Source of the DNA: an uncultured Nitrososphaerota archaeon
Lineage (GTDB): Archaea; Thermoproteota; Nitrososphaeria; Nitrososphaerales; CADDZS01
DNA: 64,000 bases
Direction: 5' to 3'
NCBI GenBank assembly: GCA_963799845.1
Contig: CAWCYI010000004.1
Location: 1,792,001-1,856,000 of the forward strand
The notes beneath the pieces are model-generated. The model was not told the origin of the DNA. It saw only the letters and a program-made list of their open reading frames with translations, and made no database searches. Shown in pieces: positions 63,305-64,000 of this stretch; position 1 is the stretch's first letter; each line of letters opens with the position of its first letter. The position numbers and the translations under genes are program-made.

Positions 63305-64000
63305 GGATACTGTATGGTCGAGAGAGGCTTATAACTCCTTTCCCATGACAAATCCTAGTCTAGGACAAATACGGCCATGCTAAATCACAATCAGATACAA
63401 AGAGACCAAACACGACTAAGGCTGCTCGCCCTTCTGGCCAAAAATGGGAAGCTATCGTGGTCCCAGTTGCTCATGAGTACTAAGCTAAACAAGAACACCA
63501 TATCAAACCAGTTGGCAGAATTGAGGAGAGGTGGCTGGATTGAAGAATCAATCGGCAGAACAGGTAACAGAGGGCGCCCGCAGCTTTTTTATTCAATATG
63601 CAGTGACAAGCGAGAAAAAGTTCGTCATTTGCTCAAGCCCGTTAAGGGGGTTCTTGAAATCGAAGATGAGTACGAGTCTTTCTTCTCGAATTATACAAGA
63701 GGAGTTGATCCTAATTCCAGTAAGCCGATCCAATCAGATATTCTAGATGCGTTGACAAAGGCAGCACTTGCGATGCTTCAGACAGTCATCCTTCAACGCG
63801 AGGCTTATCCGGGCAAGAGTACGATCACTGAATTTGAAGCAGTTTCTGCGGTCGGAAGGATCCTTGAATTGGCATTGTCCTTCCGAAAACTTCCCCTCGG
63901 CGAAAAAAACAAGGTAAGAAGGGATTTAGAAAACAATCGAAAGCAGATGGCAAATTTAGCTGCAAAATATATTTACGTTCCTGTGGAATCAAGAAAAGGA

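Noticed and set aside
63346-64000. Fragmented plus-strand ORF at the window end
   Set aside because: Probably coding but frameshifted and truncated; no family recognisable.

Overview
Archaeal chromosome segment. The gene families (cytoplasmic histidine kinase of the Nitrososphaera type, stand-alone receiver domains, COG3432-like wHTH, F420-type LLM/PPOX enzymes, Ser/Thr-linker ABC binding proteins) suggest a heterotrophic member of Nitrososphaerota; this is inference. Left part (1 to ~42.5 kb): dense scavenging/catabolic genes (amidohydrolases, C-N hydrolase, peptidase, two orphan family-5 binding proteins, ALDH7, oxidoreductases, APC permease, TPP enzyme) interleaved with about ten toxin-antitoxin loci. 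Right part (~42.5-64 kb): a gene-poor, decaying accessory region with an 18-bp tRNA 3'-end (att-like) fragment next to a tyrosine-integrase remnant, an 80-bp MITE-like element and an IS481-family element. A four-member set (receiver domain, histidine kinase, unannotated MDKDK microprotein, small exported protein) occurs once on each side of the att fragment. Main unexplained signals: (i) two inverted copies, 15 kb apart, of a ~70-80 bp element with seven AGCT sites spaced about one helical turn apart; (ii) a wHTH plus binding-protein-fold regulator with a perfect 8-2-8 palindrome in front of a divergent permease; (iii) the duplicated signalling set. Many genes carry single +1 frameshifts, most likely sequencing/consensus errors. 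All family assignments are by motif recognition, not database search.
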